From the IMG/VR virus record IMGVR_UViG_2917791510_000001, positions 34,816-98,815 of that record: a DNA stretch of 64,000 bases, one strand, 5' to 3'. The notes under the pieces were generated by a model. It was not told the DNA's origin and made no database searches. It worked only from the letters and a program-made list of their open reading frames with translations. The DNA is from a virus (Duplodnaviria; Caudoviricetes). Shown here piece after piece: positions 29,820-40,569 of this stretch; positions within the stretch are counted from its first letter, which is position 1, and the number at the start of each line of letters is the position of its first letter. A program made the position numbers and the translations under genes.

Positions 29820-29830
29820 GGAGGTGACGG

Positions 29831-30469
29831 ATGTCCATCCCCGCAGGTGTTGAGACGGTCGCCGTCTCCGATGGGGGTGTGCCGCTCACCGGGCCCGACG
29901 GGACCCCGCTGGACGGCCACTTCACCGTGGCCGGTCCCGAACTGGCCACGGTGCGGCCGGACGACTTTTTGTTCAGCGGCCTCGCACGCCGGTGGGTGTC
30001 CGGAGGCCTGTTCGCCCCGCTCACCCTGGTGGCCACCGACGCCACCGGCATAGACCCGTCCGGGTTCACGTACACGATCGTCTTCACCCCGAAGTACGGC
30101 ACGCCCTGGACCCGGTACTTCACCCTGCCGAAGGCTGCTCCGTCCGTCGTCCTGGCGGACATCCTGATCCCGGACCCGGTGGCCGGCGCCTACAGCGTGC
30201 TCGCCGATCCGTCCACGCTGGCGTCCCGGTTCGTAGACCTGACTACAGCGCAGACCGTCGCGGGCAATAAAACCTTCAGCGACTACACCGTGCTTGTGAA
30301 CGGTCAAGTCAACGAGGGCTTCCGGTTCTTCGGGACCGTCGGATTCTTCGGTGCGGCTGCGGTGGGGCGTCAGACGGTGACCGGCTCCCGCAGCGACGGC
30401 ACCGCCCTCGCATCAGCCCTGCACGCGCTGGCCGCGCTCGGCCTCATCACCGACAACACCACGGCCTGA
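29831..30469 (+). CDS. Putative minor structural/fibre protein
   Basis: GGAGGTG RBS; AQTVAGNKTF fibre-like motif. Confidence 0.55.
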   Translation: MSIPAGVETVAVSDGGVPLTGPDGTPLDGHFTVAGPELATVRPDDFLFSGLARRWVSGGLFAPLTLVATDATGIDPSGFTYTIVFTPKYGTPWTRYFTLPKAAPSVVLADILIPDPVAGAYSVLADPSTLASRFVDLTTAQTVAGNKTFSDYTVLVNGQVNEGFRFFGTVGFFGAAAVGRQTVTGSRSDGTALASALHALAALGLITDNTTA

Positions 30470-30486
30470 CGGGGAAGGGAGGCACC

Positions 30487-31275
30487 GTGGCTGACTTCGG
30501 TCCTTGTGAGAACTGGCCCGTTTACTGGACCTGCGACATCAGCGCGTACGCGCCCGAGCTGACCGGGTACGCGGTGTCCGCCGCCACGCGCATTCTGTGG
30601 GCCCTGTCCGGCCGGCGGTTCGGTCTGTGCACGACGACGCTGCGCCCGTGCGCTGAGGACTGCCACACGGGTGGCGGGTTCCCGTTCTACGAGTCGTGGG
30701 AGTGGCGGGTCGGCTACGCGATGCCGCCGTGGGACTTCTACCGGCTCCCGTACTGCTCGGGCGGCTGCGCGGGGCACTGCTCCTGCTCCGACCTGTCCGA
30801 GGTGCGCCTGCCCGCCCCGGTGGACCACGTCGTGACGGTGAAGATGGACGGCACGCCGATGGCGACCGGGGCCTACCGCCTCGACAACAACCGGCTGCTG
30901 GTGCGCACCGACGGCTCGAGGTGGCCGCGCTGCAACGACCTGAACAAGAACGACGACCAGCCGGGCACGTGGAGCGTCACGGCCGCCTACGGCGAGGACG
31001 TCCCCGACTCCGGACGCCTGGCGATGGGCGAACTGGCCTGCGAGATAGCCAAGGCCGGGTCCGGGATCGACTGCCGCCTGCCCCCGGCCGTCACACAGCT
31101 CGTGCGCCAGGGCGTGACCATCAGCGTGCCGGACTTCGGGCAGATCCTCTTGCACGGCCGGACCGGGCTGTACCTGGTGGACATGTTCCTGTCGGCGGAG
31201 AACCCCAAGTCTCTGCGGCAGAGGGCCCGCGTGTACGACGTGGACCGCATCGCACCGAGGCGGGCAGGGTCGTGA
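30487..31275 (+). CDS. Head-to-tail adaptor
   Basis: ATRILWALSGRRFG, CRLP, RQGVTI, TGLYLVD. Confidence 0.75.
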   Translation: MADFGPCENWPVYWTCDISAYAPELTGYAVSAATRILWALSGRRFGLCTTTLRPCAEDCHTGGGFPFYESWEWRVGYAMPPWDFYRLPYCSGGCAGHCSCSDLSEVRLPAPVDHVVTVKMDGTPMATGAYRLDNNRLLVRTDGSRWPRCNDLNKNDDQPGTWSVTAAYGEDVPDSGRLAMGELACEIAKAGSGIDCRLPPAVTQLVRQGVTISVPDFGQILLHGRTGLYLVDMFLSAENPKSLRQRARVYDVDRIAPRRAGS

Positions 31276-31354
31276 GCTGGCTGTGGCACGTCCTGTTCGA
31301 CGGGACGCCCTTGTGCCGGTGTGAGCTGTCCCGGCTGCTGCGGAGGGTGGGGTC

Positions 31355-31864
31355 GTGAGCACGTACGCAGGGCCGCTGAAGTGGTTCAGCCTGGCCAAGG
31401 ACATCCTGACCTACGTCAACGCGAACACGACCGCAAAGTACGGCAGGGCGGCCGTCGTCCCCGGGCTCATCGCCTGGGACGGCTGCGACTGCGGCGCGCT
31501 GTACCTGATGGTCAACCAGACGTACGCGTGCGAGACGTTCCCGATGCAGAAGGTCGAAGCGGACCTGTCGGAGGGCTGCTCCGCGCCGTACGAGGGCGCC
31601 GAGCTGGTGCTCCAGGTCATGCAGTGCGCGCCGAGCCCGCAGGGCCAGTCCAGCGCGCCGGCCGTGGCGGCGCAGGAGAACGCGGCCATGCTGGTGCGCC
31701 GGGACGCGTACGAGACGTACCGGGCCGTCAACTCGTTCCTGTGCACGGCCCGCGCGGACCGGGACGTGGAGGACTTCATCGTGGACGCGCAGATGGTGCA
31801 GGGGCCGTCCGGCGGCTGCGTCGGCACTGAGCTGCGCTTCCGCGTCGCACTGACCTGGGAGTGA
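31355..31864 (+). CDS. Tail terminator/completion protein
   Basis: Position; AWDGCDCG and GPSGGCVG motifs. Confidence 0.6.
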   Translation: MSTYAGPLKWFSLAKDILTYVNANTTAKYGRAAVVPGLIAWDGCDCGALYLMVNQTYACETFPMQKVEADLSEGCSAPYEGAELVLQVMQCAPSPQGQSSAPAVAAQENAAMLVRRDAYETYRAVNSFLCTARADRDVEDFIVDAQMVQGPSGGCVGTELRFRVALTWE

Positions 31865-32244
31865 CCGTGGCAGATTTCCTCACCATCGACCGCAACAAGC
31901 TGGAGAACGTGGCCCGCAAGGGTTCCGCTGTGCTGGTGCAGCGGCTCACGCTGCGCACGGCCGCTATCGCGGCGACGATCGCTCCGGGCCACATGGGCCA
32001 GACCGTGCGGCCGATCTTCAAGGGCTCGCTGGCCAACCCGGTGGGCATCGTGATGGTGGATCACCCCGCCGCGTCCTACGTGCTCAACGGGACTCGGCCC
32101 CACGAGATCCCCGCCAAGCCGGGCGGTGTCCTTCGCTTCAAATGGAAGGGCAAAGTCGTCTACTTCAAGTCTGTCCAGCACCCGGGGACGAAGCCGAACA
32201 ACTTCCTGTGGAAGGCGATGCTGGCCGCGAAGTTCAACGGCTGA
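31861..32244 (+). CDS. Neck/head-tail protein (HK97 gp10-like)
   Basis: YVLNGTRPHEI...HPGTKPNNFL. Confidence 0.65.
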   Translation: MTVADFLTIDRNKLENVARKGSAVLVQRLTLRTAAIAATIAPGHMGQTVRPIFKGSLANPVGIVMVDHPAASYVLNGTRPHEIPAKPGGVLRFKWKGKVVYFKSVQHPGTKPNNFLWKAMLAAKFNG

Positions 32245-32288
32245 CGTTCCGGACTGATCTTGGAAAATCTCGTCCTACCCTCCGGCCT

Positions 32289-32711
32289 ATGCGAGATTTC
32301 ACGCGCCAGCCCAAGGTGATCGAGTTCCAGATCGATGCCGACGTGTTCCGGTGCCACCCGCGCCTTCCGGCACAGGTGCTGATCGACTTCGCGCTCAAGG
32401 CCGACGCGATGGGCGACAACCCGACCGGCGAGCAGGGTATCCAGGCGATGCTCGACGTCCTCCAGGCCACGCTCATACCCGAGCACTTCACCCGCTTCCG
32501 GGACCGCATGGGTGACGCGGGCAATCCGATCGACTTCGAGCAGGTCAACGAGGTCGTTCCGTACATCATGGAGGAGTACGGGCTGCGCCCTACCGCGCCA
32601 TCCGGGGAATCCTCGGATGGGCCCTCCAGCCAGGAGTCTGGCACCAGCTTGACGGCGAGCACCTCGCCCGTGGAGTTGATCTCTGCCAGCTCTCCTTCGA
32701 TCGCTTCCTGA
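32289..32711 (+). CDS. Tail assembly chaperone (short form)
   Basis: Upstream of the tape measure gene; RPT plus Ser-rich tail. Confidence 0.75.
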   Translation: MRDFTRQPKVIEFQIDADVFRCHPRLPAQVLIDFALKADAMGDNPTGEQGIQAMLDVLQATLIPEHFTRFRDRMGDAGNPIDFEQVNEVVPYIMEEYGLRPTAPSGESSDGPSSQESGTSLTASTSPVELISASSPSIAS

Positions 32712-32941
32712 ACTGCCTGTACGCGGCCATGTGCGAGCGGCTGAACGGCGGCGAGGACGAAGATCCCGAAGTCACCCGTAAGAAGTTCGACGTCGACATG
32801 GGCGTGAAGCGGTGGCGCATCACCGCTGCCGACGAGGACCCCTACGCGGACGCCGTCGTCGATGAGGCCGCGCCCTGGTGGTGGGAAGGCGACGAAGAGG
32901 CCTCCGACTCCTTCCTCGACGCCATGGGGGTGCAGCTCTGA
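32591..32941 (+). CDS. Tail assembly chaperone extension (-1 frameshift product)
   Basis: The -1 frame reads YRAIRGILGWAL...LDGEHLARGVDL...DRFLNCLY to 32941. Confidence 0.6.
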   Translation, partial: YRAIRGILGWALQPGVWHQLDGEHLARGVDLCQLSFDRFLNCLYAAMCERLNGGEDEDPEVTRKKFDVDMGVKRWRITAADEDPYADAVVDEAAPWWWEGDEEASDSFLDAMGVQL

Positions 32942-35900
32942 TGGAGACGGGCGCGACGGCGGTCGTCGGGCGGGGACTCGTAGAGATCCTGCCCGACTTC
33001 AAAAAGTGGGGCGCCGAACTCGGCACCCAGATGAAGCTCGCCCGGACCCAGCTCGACGGCACGGCCGCCGGGCTCAAGGCCTCGGCTGCCACCGTCGGCA
33101 AGTCGATGGCCGTGGTCGGCAAGGGCACCACGGCTCTCGGCCTCGGCGTCGCGGCCGTCAGCGTGAAAATGGCCGCCGACTTCCAGGCCCACACCGCGAT
33201 CCTCCAGACGGCCGCCGGCGAGACGTCCAAGGGCCTCCAGGTTGTCCGCGCGGGCATCAAGGACATCGCCGTCGGTACCGGCACCGGCATACAGAACCTG
33301 ACCGACGGCATGTACACCATCGAGAAGGCCGGCTACCGGGGCTCGGCCGGTCTTCAAGTGCTCAAGGCGGCAGCGCAGGGCGCCCGCGAGGAGAACGCCA
33401 AGCTGAGTGACGTCACCAACGCGATGACGTCCGTCATGGCGAGCTACCACCTCAAGGCGACCGACAGCACGCGCGTGATGAACGCGATGAAAACAGCCGC
33501 CGGCGAGGGCAAGATCACGATGGAAGAGTTCTCGGGCGCCCTGTCGACCGTGCTACCCATCGCGAGCGCCAACAAGATTGCGTTCGAGGACGTCGCCGGG
33601 TCCATGGCGACCCTTACTCAGCACGGCACCACGGCCCGCGAGGCGACCCACGAACTCGCCGCGACCATCCGGGCCCTGGCCTCGCCGAACAATGTGGCCT
33701 CCCGCGAGATGGCTAGGTTCGGCCTGTCCGCCGTGGACGTCTCCACTCACCTCGGCCAGCGCGGCCTCTCCGGCACCGTGAACCTGCTGGTGCAGACGAT
33801 CCTCTCCAAGATGGGCCCCGCCGGGACCCGGCTCCAGCAGGTCTTCGAGGGGACGAAGCAGTCGGCGCAGGACGCTCAGGTGATGCTCGGCAAGATGTCC
33901 GGCGACGTGAAGGACATCGCCCTCCAGTACCTCAAAGGCAAGATCAGCATTGGCGACTGGAATTCGACGCTCAAAGGGATGGACGTCGCCCACCGGCCGA
34001 TGCTCCAGAACTTCAAGGTGTTGGTGGACCGCAGCCGGGGCTTCTCCCGGGAACTGAAGAACGGCGGTCCGGCCACCCAGACGTTCACCGACGCGCTGAA
34101 GAAGATGTCCGGCGGTGCGATCGGGCTGAACACGATTCTCCAGCTCACCGGCGAGTCGGCGGCAGGCAACGCGGAGCGGATCGCCAAGGTCGGCCACTCC
34201 TTCCACAACAGCAGCAAGGACGTGGAGGGCTGGAAGCAGACCAGCGGGCTCCTGAGCGTGCAACTGGACCGGATGAAGGCGCAGTTCCAGGTGCTCGCCA
34301 TCAACATCGGGACCAAGCTGATCCCGGTCGTCTCCGCTGTCGTCGGGTTCTTTGCCAAGCACAGGTCCATCCTGCTCGCGGTCGCCGTGGCCACCGGGAC
34401 GTTCATCGTCGCCACGTCAGCCGCGTACGTCGGGATGAAGCTGTACGCGGCCGGGGCGAGGATCGCGACCGTCGCGACGGGCGCGTACAACCTCGCGATG
34501 CAGCTCGGCACCAAGTACGCGCTGGGCACGAGGGTGCAGCTCGCCGCACTGGCGATCCAGGAAAAGGCCGTCGCCGTGTGGACTGCCATCACGGAGACCG
34601 CCTTCTGGGGTCTGGCCGCAGCCATGTTGGCGAACCCGGTCACCTGGATCGTGGTCGGCATCGTGGCCCTCGTCGCCGCCATCGTGCTGATCGCGACCAA
34701 GACGCAGTGGTTCCAGAAGCTGTGGGGCGCCATCTGGGGCTTCATCAAGGCGCCGGTCATGGGCTTCGTCCACTGGCTGAAGGACAACTGGCAGCTCGTC
34801 GTCTGGACGATCCTGACCGGCGGTATCGGCCTCGCGGTCGCGATGATCGTCCGTCACTGGGACGGCGTGAAGCACGCGTTCAGCGCCACCATCGACTGGG
34901 TCAAGCACAACTGGCCGTGGCTGCTCGGCGCGCTCGGCGGCCCGGTCGGCCTCGCCGTGGTGTACATCGTCAAGCACTGGGACGCGGTGAAGAAAGGCGC
35001 GGGGGACGTCTATCACGCCGTGACCGGCTGGTTCGTCCGGATGGGCAAGGATGTCGGCGGATTTTTCGAGAAACTGCCGGGACAGCTCGGCAGCTTCTTC
35101 TCCAAGCTGCCCGGCCAGCTCGGCGGATTCTTTTCCGGTCTGTGGAAATCCGTCTCCGGGTACTTCTCCAAGCTGCCCGCGAGGATCGCGTCCACGGCAG
35201 CCGGCTGGGACAAGGCGCTGGAATCCGGCGGCAAGGATCTGATCTCCGGTCTGTTCCACGGGGCCAGTGATTTCTTCACCAAGTCCGTGCCCGGGTTCTT
35301 CAAGATGCTCTGGGGCGGGATTGTCGACTTCTTCAAGGCCGTGTTCGGTATCCACTCGCCGTCCACCGTCATGTCCGACCTCGGCGTCTGGCTCATGCGG
35401 GGCCTGTTCGGCGGCATGCTGTCCATCGCCTCCGGGATCACCCGCTTCCTGGACAAGAACGTGGTCCAGCCCATCAAGGGGTTCTTCACCAAGACCATCC
35501 CGGCCGCCGCGTCCTCGATGTCCACCAAGGTGACCGGCTACTTCCGCGACGAGTACGAGGGAATACTCGTCATCTGGGGCTGGATACAGAAGCACATACT
35601 CCACCCCATCGGGAATTTCTTCACCAAGACCATCCCCGGATGGGCCTCGTTGATGAAGGACCAGGTCGTCAGCGGCTGGCATGACGAGTACACCGGCCTG
35701 CTCAACATCTGGGGCTGGATACAGAAGCACATACTCAACCCCCTCGGTGCGTTCTTCACCAAGACGATTCCCGGGTGGGCCTCCGGCCTGCGGGACGCGG
35801 TGGTGAACCGCTGGAACTCGCTGAGCAGCGGCGTGTCCGACGTCTACAACTCCATACGCGCTCACGTGTTCACTCCCCTCGGAAACTTCTTCACCAGGAC

Positions 35901-37311
35901 CATCCCGGGCTGGGGTACGTCCCTGCGCAACTCCGTGGTGAACAAGTGGAACTCGCTGCGTGACGGACTGGTGGGTGTCTACTCCTCCATCCAGAGCCGC
36001 GTGTTCTCGCCCATCGGGAATTTCTTCACCAAGACCATCCCGGGCTGGGCGTCCACGATGTCCACCAAGGTGAAGCAGTTCTTCAGCAACATGCGCGACG
36101 GGATAGGCACCATCTGGTCCGGGATCAAGGACAAGGCCAAAACGCCGATCAACTGGGTTCTGGACCACGTGTGGAACAACGGGATCGTCTCCGTCTGGAA
36201 GAAGATCACCGGGTGGATCGGTATCGGCGACGCGCTGGGCACGGTGAAGCTGCTCGCCGCAGGCGGCACCGTCGGCGGCGGCCCAATGGGCGTCTTCAAC
36301 AAGCCGACCGCCATCGTCGGCGAGGGCGGCCCGCACCCCGAGTACGTGATCCCCACCGACCCGAAGTACCGCGCCCGCGCGCTCGCGCTGTGGCAGCAGG
36401 CGGGCGCGCACTTCTACGCGGGCGGCGGCATCCTCGGCGGCATCGAACACGCACTGTCCTCGGCGGCCAGCAGCGTCGTCAACTTCGGCAAGGGCGCACT
36501 GGACTTCCTCACCGACCCGATCGGCAAGGCCAAGAAACTGCTCGCCGGACCGCTGGGGTCCCTGTCGCACATCGGGAACTCCCCGTGGGCGTCGATGATC
36601 GCCAAGGTGCCGCACATGGCCGTGGACGGCCTCATGCAGGCGGTCAAGAAAATCGGCAGCTCCATCCTGGGGGCAGTCGGACTCGGCGGGGGCGGCGGGT
36701 CCGGGGTGCAGCGCTGGGCCGGCGTCGTGCAGATGATCCTCCGCCAGGTCGGCCAGGTGCCCGCGCTGCTCGGCATCACGCTGAAGAGGATGAACCAGGA
36801 GTCCGGCGGCAACCCGACCATCGTCAACCGGACGGACAGCAACTGGAAGGCCGGTACGCCGTCGGTCGGCCTCATGCAGGTCATCGGCCCGACCTTCCGC
36901 AGCTTCGCCGGGCCGTACCGCAACGTCGGGCCCTTCGAGTACGGCGTCTCCGTCAACCCGGCCGCCAACATCTACGCGTCCATGAAGTACGCACTCTCGG
37001 CGTACGGCTCCCTGGCATCCGCCTACGGCCGGGCCGGCGGCTACATGACAGGCACCGACGGGGCCACGGCCGGCTGGCACTGGCTCGGCGAGGACGGCCC
37101 CGAGCTGGCGAAGCTGCCTGCGGGCACGCGGATCCGGTCCAGCGCTTCCTCGGCCAGGCATGCCCCGGGTACGCCGTCCGTCATCTATCTGACCGTGGCG
37201 AACCACGGGGTGATCGGAAGCAGGCACGAGGTGGAGGACTGGCTGGTGGCCACCCTCGAGCGGCTGCGCACCCAGCGACGTCTCCCCAAGGCGCTCGGAG
37301 GGACGGCGTAG
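32941..37311 (+). CDS. Tape measure protein with C-terminal lytic transglycosylase
   Basis: About 1456 aa, helical repeats, ANPVTW; QESGGNP...GLMQVI SLT motif. Confidence 0.92.
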   Translation: METGATAVVGRGLVEILPDFKKWGAELGTQMKLARTQLDGTAAGLKASAATVGKSMAVVGKGTTALGLGVAAVSVKMAADFQAHTAILQTAAGETSKGLQVVRAGIKDIAVGTGTGIQNLTDGMYTIEKAGYRGSAGLQVLKAAAQGAREENAKLSDVTNAMTSVMASYHLKATDSTRVMNAMKTAAGEGKITMEEFSGALSTVLPIASANKIAFEDVAGSMATLTQHGTTAREATHELAATIRALASPNNVASREMARFGLSAVDVSTHLGQRGLSGTVNLLVQTILSKMGPAGTRLQQVFEGTKQSAQDAQVMLGKMSGDVKDIALQYLKGKISIGDWNSTLKGMDVAHRPMLQNFKVLVDRSRGFSRELKNGGPATQTFTDALKKMSGGAIGLNTILQLTGESAAGNAERIAKVGHSFHNSSKDVEGWKQTSGLLSVQLDRMKAQFQVLAINIGTKLIPVVSAVVGFFAKHRSILLAVAVATGTFIVATSAAYVGMKLYAAGARIATVATGAYNLAMQLGTKYALGTRVQLAALAIQEKAVAVWTAITETAFWGLAAAMLANPVTWIVVGIVALVAAIVLIATKTQWFQKLWGAIWGFIKAPVMGFVHWLKDNWQLVVWTILTGGIGLAVAMIVRHWDGVKHAFSATIDWVKHNWPWLLGALGGPVGLAVVYIVKHWDAVKKGAGDVYHAVTGWFVRMGKDVGGFFEKLPGQLGSFFSKLPGQLGGFFSGLWKSVSGYFSKLPARIASTAAGWDKALESGGKDLISGLFHGASDFFTKSVPGFFKMLWGGIVDFFKAVFGIHSPSTVMSDLGVWLMRGLFGGMLSIASGITRFLDKNVVQPIKGFFTKTIPAAASSMSTKVTGYFRDEYEGILVIWGWIQKHILHPIGNFFTKTIPGWASLMKDQVVSGWHDEYTGLLNIWGWIQKHILNPLGAFFTKTIPGWASGLRDAVVNRWNSLSSGVSDVYNSIRAHVFTPLGNFFTRTIPGWGTSLRNSVVNKWNSLRDGLVGVYSSIQSRVFSPIGNFFTKTIPGWASTMSTKVKQFFSNMRDGIGTIWSGIKDKAKTPINWVLDHVWNNGIVSVWKKITGWIGIGDALGTVKLLAAGGTVGGGPMGVFNKPTAIVGEGGPHPEYVIPTDPKYRARALALWQQAGAHFYAGGGILGGIEHALSSAASSVVNFGKGALDFLTDPIGKAKKLLAGPLGSLSHIGNSPWASMIAKVPHMAVDGLMQAVKKIGSSILGAVGLGGGGGSGVQRWAGVVQMILRQVGQVPALLGITLKRMNQESGGNPTIVNRTDSNWKAGTPSVGLMQVIGPTFRSFAGPYRNVGPFEYGVSVNPAANIYASMKYALSAYGSLASAYGRAGGYMTGTDGATAGWHWLGEDGPELAKLPAGTRIRSSASSARHAPGTPSVIYLTVANHGVIGSRHEVEDWLVATLERLRTQRRLPKALGGTA
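35482..36060 (+). repeat. Five 135-nt (45-aa) repeats in the tape measure gene
   Basis: FFT(K/R)TIP at 35482, 35617, 35752, 35887 and 36022. Confidence 0.85.
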
Positions 37312-40158
37312 ATGGCCATCGCGTTCCGCTCCGCAGGCGCCCGGCTGAAGGCCGACACCGGTCTGTCAGGCCCGAACCAGTCCGTCGCCCTGCCCGCAGG
37401 CCACGTCAGCGGGGACTACCTGCTGCTGTTCGTCCTCACCGACGACAACACCAACACGGCCGCCGACCCGGCCGGGTGGACCCGCCTCGCATACCTCACG
37501 ACGACCGGGACCGCCGCACAGTCGCCCTACTACGCACCGCCCCGGCTGAAGGTCTACACCCGGGTGGACAACGGCTCCCTGGGCGCCACGGTGGCGCTCA
37601 CGTTCTCCACGGCGCTGTGGCCCGCCGGGTCCCCGTGGGTCATCGCATTCACCGTCGCCTACAGCGGCACGGACCCGGCCGCGCCCCTCGAGCGGTGGAA
37701 CTGGATCTCCACCACATCGACGGCCGGCGCGCAGGCCGCACCGGCCCTCACGACGACCAACGCCAACGACTGGTTGGTCACCTTCCGGGCTGCGAGCGCG
37801 TTCGCGGACACCTCGTTCACCGACTCGGTGGGCACCGACGTGGAACGGGTGGACGACAACGACGGCTTCGGCGAGCTGAGCCTGGCGCTGTACGACTCGA
37901 ACGCGGCCCTGGCGGCGGGCGCGCAGACGGTGCGCACCACCACGGCCGGACGGCCGACCGACTACGGCTCCATCAGCATCAGCCTGGCGCTGAAGCCGCC
38001 CGCTCCCGTCGGCAGCACGACCGCCGGGGCGGGCGAGGGGGACGTGACCGCGACGGCCTACGCGCCCACCGTGCAGGCGCAGGACGGACCGTGGGCGCTG
38101 TGCAACGGAGGCCTGCCGGACTATCAGGTCGCCATCGACTGGGACGGCCTGCCCGGCCCGCTCAACTCGAACCCCGACTTCGAGAACCCGGGCGGCTGGA
38201 CGGCCTACAACGGGGCGACGTTCGCCCGTTCGCAGGTCCGCGCGTACAGCGGGGTGTGGTCCGGCCTGCTGACCACCGGGGCCGGCGGCGGCCCGCACAT
38301 CGAGTCGGACAAGACGCCGGTCGTCGCAGGCCGTCTGTACCGGGCCTCCGGGCGGGTGTGGGCCGAGTCCCCGTTCCCGGCCGGCGTCGGATTCAGCGTC
38401 AACTTCTACGACGCGGGCGGCGGCTACCTGACCACTTTCTCCAACTTCTTCGTCCCTCCCGTGGGCGCCTGGCAGTACGCGGACGGGTTCTTCCCCGCGC
38501 CGGCGGGCGCTGCCCTGGCCGGGATCCTGCTGGACACCAGCGGCACCCCCGGAGCGGGCCTGCGGATCTGGGGCGACGGGATCCGCCTCGACGACTGGAA
38601 TGCTCTGTCCGACCCGGCGCAGGTCGTCGGCCAGGGCGAGGACGTCACCGACGACATCGTCTCCGACATCTCACTGACCTACGGCCGGGACCAGGCACGC
38701 CAGCTCGCCCCGGCGGCCGTCGGTACGGCGTCCTTCACCCTGAACAACGTCACGAGGCGGTACTCCCCGGAGAACACCGCATCCCCGCTGTCCGGCAACC
38801 TGGACCCTGCACGGACGATGCGCGCCCTGGTGACGTGGGGCGGGCTGACCTACCCGCTGTTCCGGGGCCGGATCGATGACTTCACCGTCAAAGCCGACTT
38901 CGGCGACCGCACGGTGGACCTCACCTTCCTGGACCGGATGAACGACCTGGCAGGCAAGAACCTCTCCACCGGCGTCTACGCCTCGATGCGCACCGGCACG
39001 CTGGTCAACACCGTGCTGGACGAGGCGGGGTGGACCGGTGGACGGGACATCGACCTGGGCGCCACCGTGGTCCGGTACTGGTGGGCGGACGGCACCGACG
39101 CCCTGTCCGCCGTCAACGACCTGGTCAAATCCGAGGGGCCGCCGGCTGTGGCGTACGTCGCTCCGGACGGCACGTTCGTCTTCCGAGACCGCCACCACCG
39201 GATGCTGCGCCAGAACTCGAGGACGTCCACGGCCACGTTCCACGCGGGCACGCTGGGGGACTGCACCCCCGACGGCGTCCCCGAGGGGGCCCTCAGCATC
39301 GCCCGGCCGTTCGTCTACGCGCACGGCTGGAAGGACATCGTCAACGCGGTGACGTTCGACGTCCCCAGCCGGGCGCCGACGGCGACCGTGCAGCAGGTGT
39401 GGCAGGACACCTCCACCTACACCCTCGGTATCGGGCAGTCCCTGGACCTGACGGTGTCCTCGTCCGACCCGTTCATGAACGCGATCACGCCGGTGGTGGG
39501 CACGGACATCACCGTCTCCGGGCCGGGCGTGCTCAGCGTGCTGCTCAGCCGGACCTCGGGGGTCTCGGCAAAGCTGACCCTCCAGGCCGTCGGCGGGACG
39601 GTGACCGTCAGCTCCGTGCAGGTCCGCGCGCAACTGTTGTCCGTGCAGCAGACCTACCGGGTGAGCATGCAGGATCCGGGGTCCATCACCCGGCACGGGG
39701 AGCGCGCCTACCCCAGCGACGCGCCGTGGGCCGGGCCGCAGGACGCGCAGGCGATCGCCAGCACTGTCCTGCTGCACTACGCGGAGCGGCGGCCGACGGT
39801 GCAGATCCGTCTCGTCTCGAGCGATCCCGCGCACTTCGTGCAGGTGCTGAAGCGCACGGTCTCCGACCGGGTGCGGATCGTCAACGACGAAATGGGCCTG
39901 GCAGACGACTTCTTCGTGGAGCGGGTGACCCACCAGGTCCAGCGCACCGGGACGACGGGACGGCCGCCGGTGCACTCGGTGGTCCTCGGCTGCGAGAAGG
40001 ATCTGGACGTCAACCCCAACCCGTTCACGTTCGACAAGCGAGGCGCCGGGTTCGACCAGGGCGTGTTCGACCCGCTCCAGGCCGACGACGCAAGCCAGGT
40101 GTTCATCTTCGACGACCCGGTGCAGGGCCAGTTCGACCTCGGGGAGTTCGGGACATGA
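37312..40158 (+). CDS. Minor tail protein (hub plus carbohydrate-binding module)
   Basis: Directly after the tape measure gene; NPDFE...W CBM-like segment; LFRGRI. Confidence 0.75.
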   Translation: MAIAFRSAGARLKADTGLSGPNQSVALPAGHVSGDYLLLFVLTDDNTNTAADPAGWTRLAYLTTTGTAAQSPYYAPPRLKVYTRVDNGSLGATVALTFSTALWPAGSPWVIAFTVAYSGTDPAAPLERWNWISTTSTAGAQAAPALTTTNANDWLVTFRAASAFADTSFTDSVGTDVERVDDNDGFGELSLALYDSNAALAAGAQTVRTTTAGRPTDYGSISISLALKPPAPVGSTTAGAGEGDVTATAYAPTVQAQDGPWALCNGGLPDYQVAIDWDGLPGPLNSNPDFENPGGWTAYNGATFARSQVRAYSGVWSGLLTTGAGGGPHIESDKTPVVAGRLYRASGRVWAESPFPAGVGFSVNFYDAGGGYLTTFSNFFVPPVGAWQYADGFFPAPAGAALAGILLDTSGTPGAGLRIWGDGIRLDDWNALSDPAQVVGQGEDVTDDIVSDISLTYGRDQARQLAPAAVGTASFTLNNVTRRYSPENTASPLSGNLDPARTMRALVTWGGLTYPLFRGRIDDFTVKADFGDRTVDLTFLDRMNDLAGKNLSTGVYASMRTGTLVNTVLDEAGWTGGRDIDLGATVVRYWWADGTDALSAVNDLVKSEGPPAVAYVAPDGTFVFRDRHHRMLRQNSRTSTATFHAGTLGDCTPDGVPEGALSIARPFVYAHGWKDIVNAVTFDVPSRAPTATVQQVWQDTSTYTLGIGQSLDLTVSSSDPFMNAITPVVGTDITVSGPGVLSVLLSRTSGVSAKLTLQAVGGTVTVSSVQVRAQLLSVQQTYRVSMQDPGSITRHGERAYPSDAPWAGPQDAQAIASTVLLHYAERRPTVQIRLVSSDPAHFVQVLKRTVSDRVRIVNDEMGLADDFFVERVTHQVQRTGTTGRPPVHSVVLGCEKDLDVNPNPFTFDKRGAGFDQGVFDPLQADDASQVFIFDDPVQGQFDLGEFGT

Positions 40159-40168
40159 GGAGCAGCGG

Positions 40169-40528
40169 ATGGAAGAGCCCCTTGAGCGGGTGCCGGTGGC
40201 CCGCGCGTACGTCTACAGCGGTGACTGGGTGGCCGACTGCCCCCGGCCCGGCTGCGCCAACGTGGAGCACCTGTACCGGCCTTCACGGCGGGGCGGTCCA
40301 CGGGACCTGGCCCTCGGGTACTTCCACTGTTCGTACTGCGGGATGCAGGCGGACATCACGTGGCCGGACAACCGGCTCGGCATCCTCGCCGTGCTCGCCC
40401 GCAGGCCGCTGCCCGACACCCGGAACTGGTACCCCACGGACCACCCGGTGGCGGTCAGATTCAGACTGCCGCACGGCCAGTCGGTGCGGGACCTGGAGGA
40501 CGAGAACGCGGCACACGACGTGCGTTGA
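40169..40528 (+). CDS. Hypothetical zinc-binding protein
   Basis: WVADCP..GC...CSYC...RNW. Confidence 0.6.
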   Translation: MEEPLERVPVARAYVYSGDWVADCPRPGCANVEHLYRPSRRGGPRDLALGYFHCSYCGMQADITWPDNRLGILAVLARRPLPDTRNWYPTDHPVAVRFRLPHGQSVRDLEDENAAHDVR

Positions 40529-40569
40529 GCCGGGGCCCGCAGGGCCGTCGCGGGGCCGGGAGGCAGGCG

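Noticed and set aside
20162-37227. Very long - strand ORFs (20162-22468, 24940-27918, 34417-37227)
   Set aside because: Antisense shadows of portal, capsid and tape measure genes in high-GC DNA; no motifs
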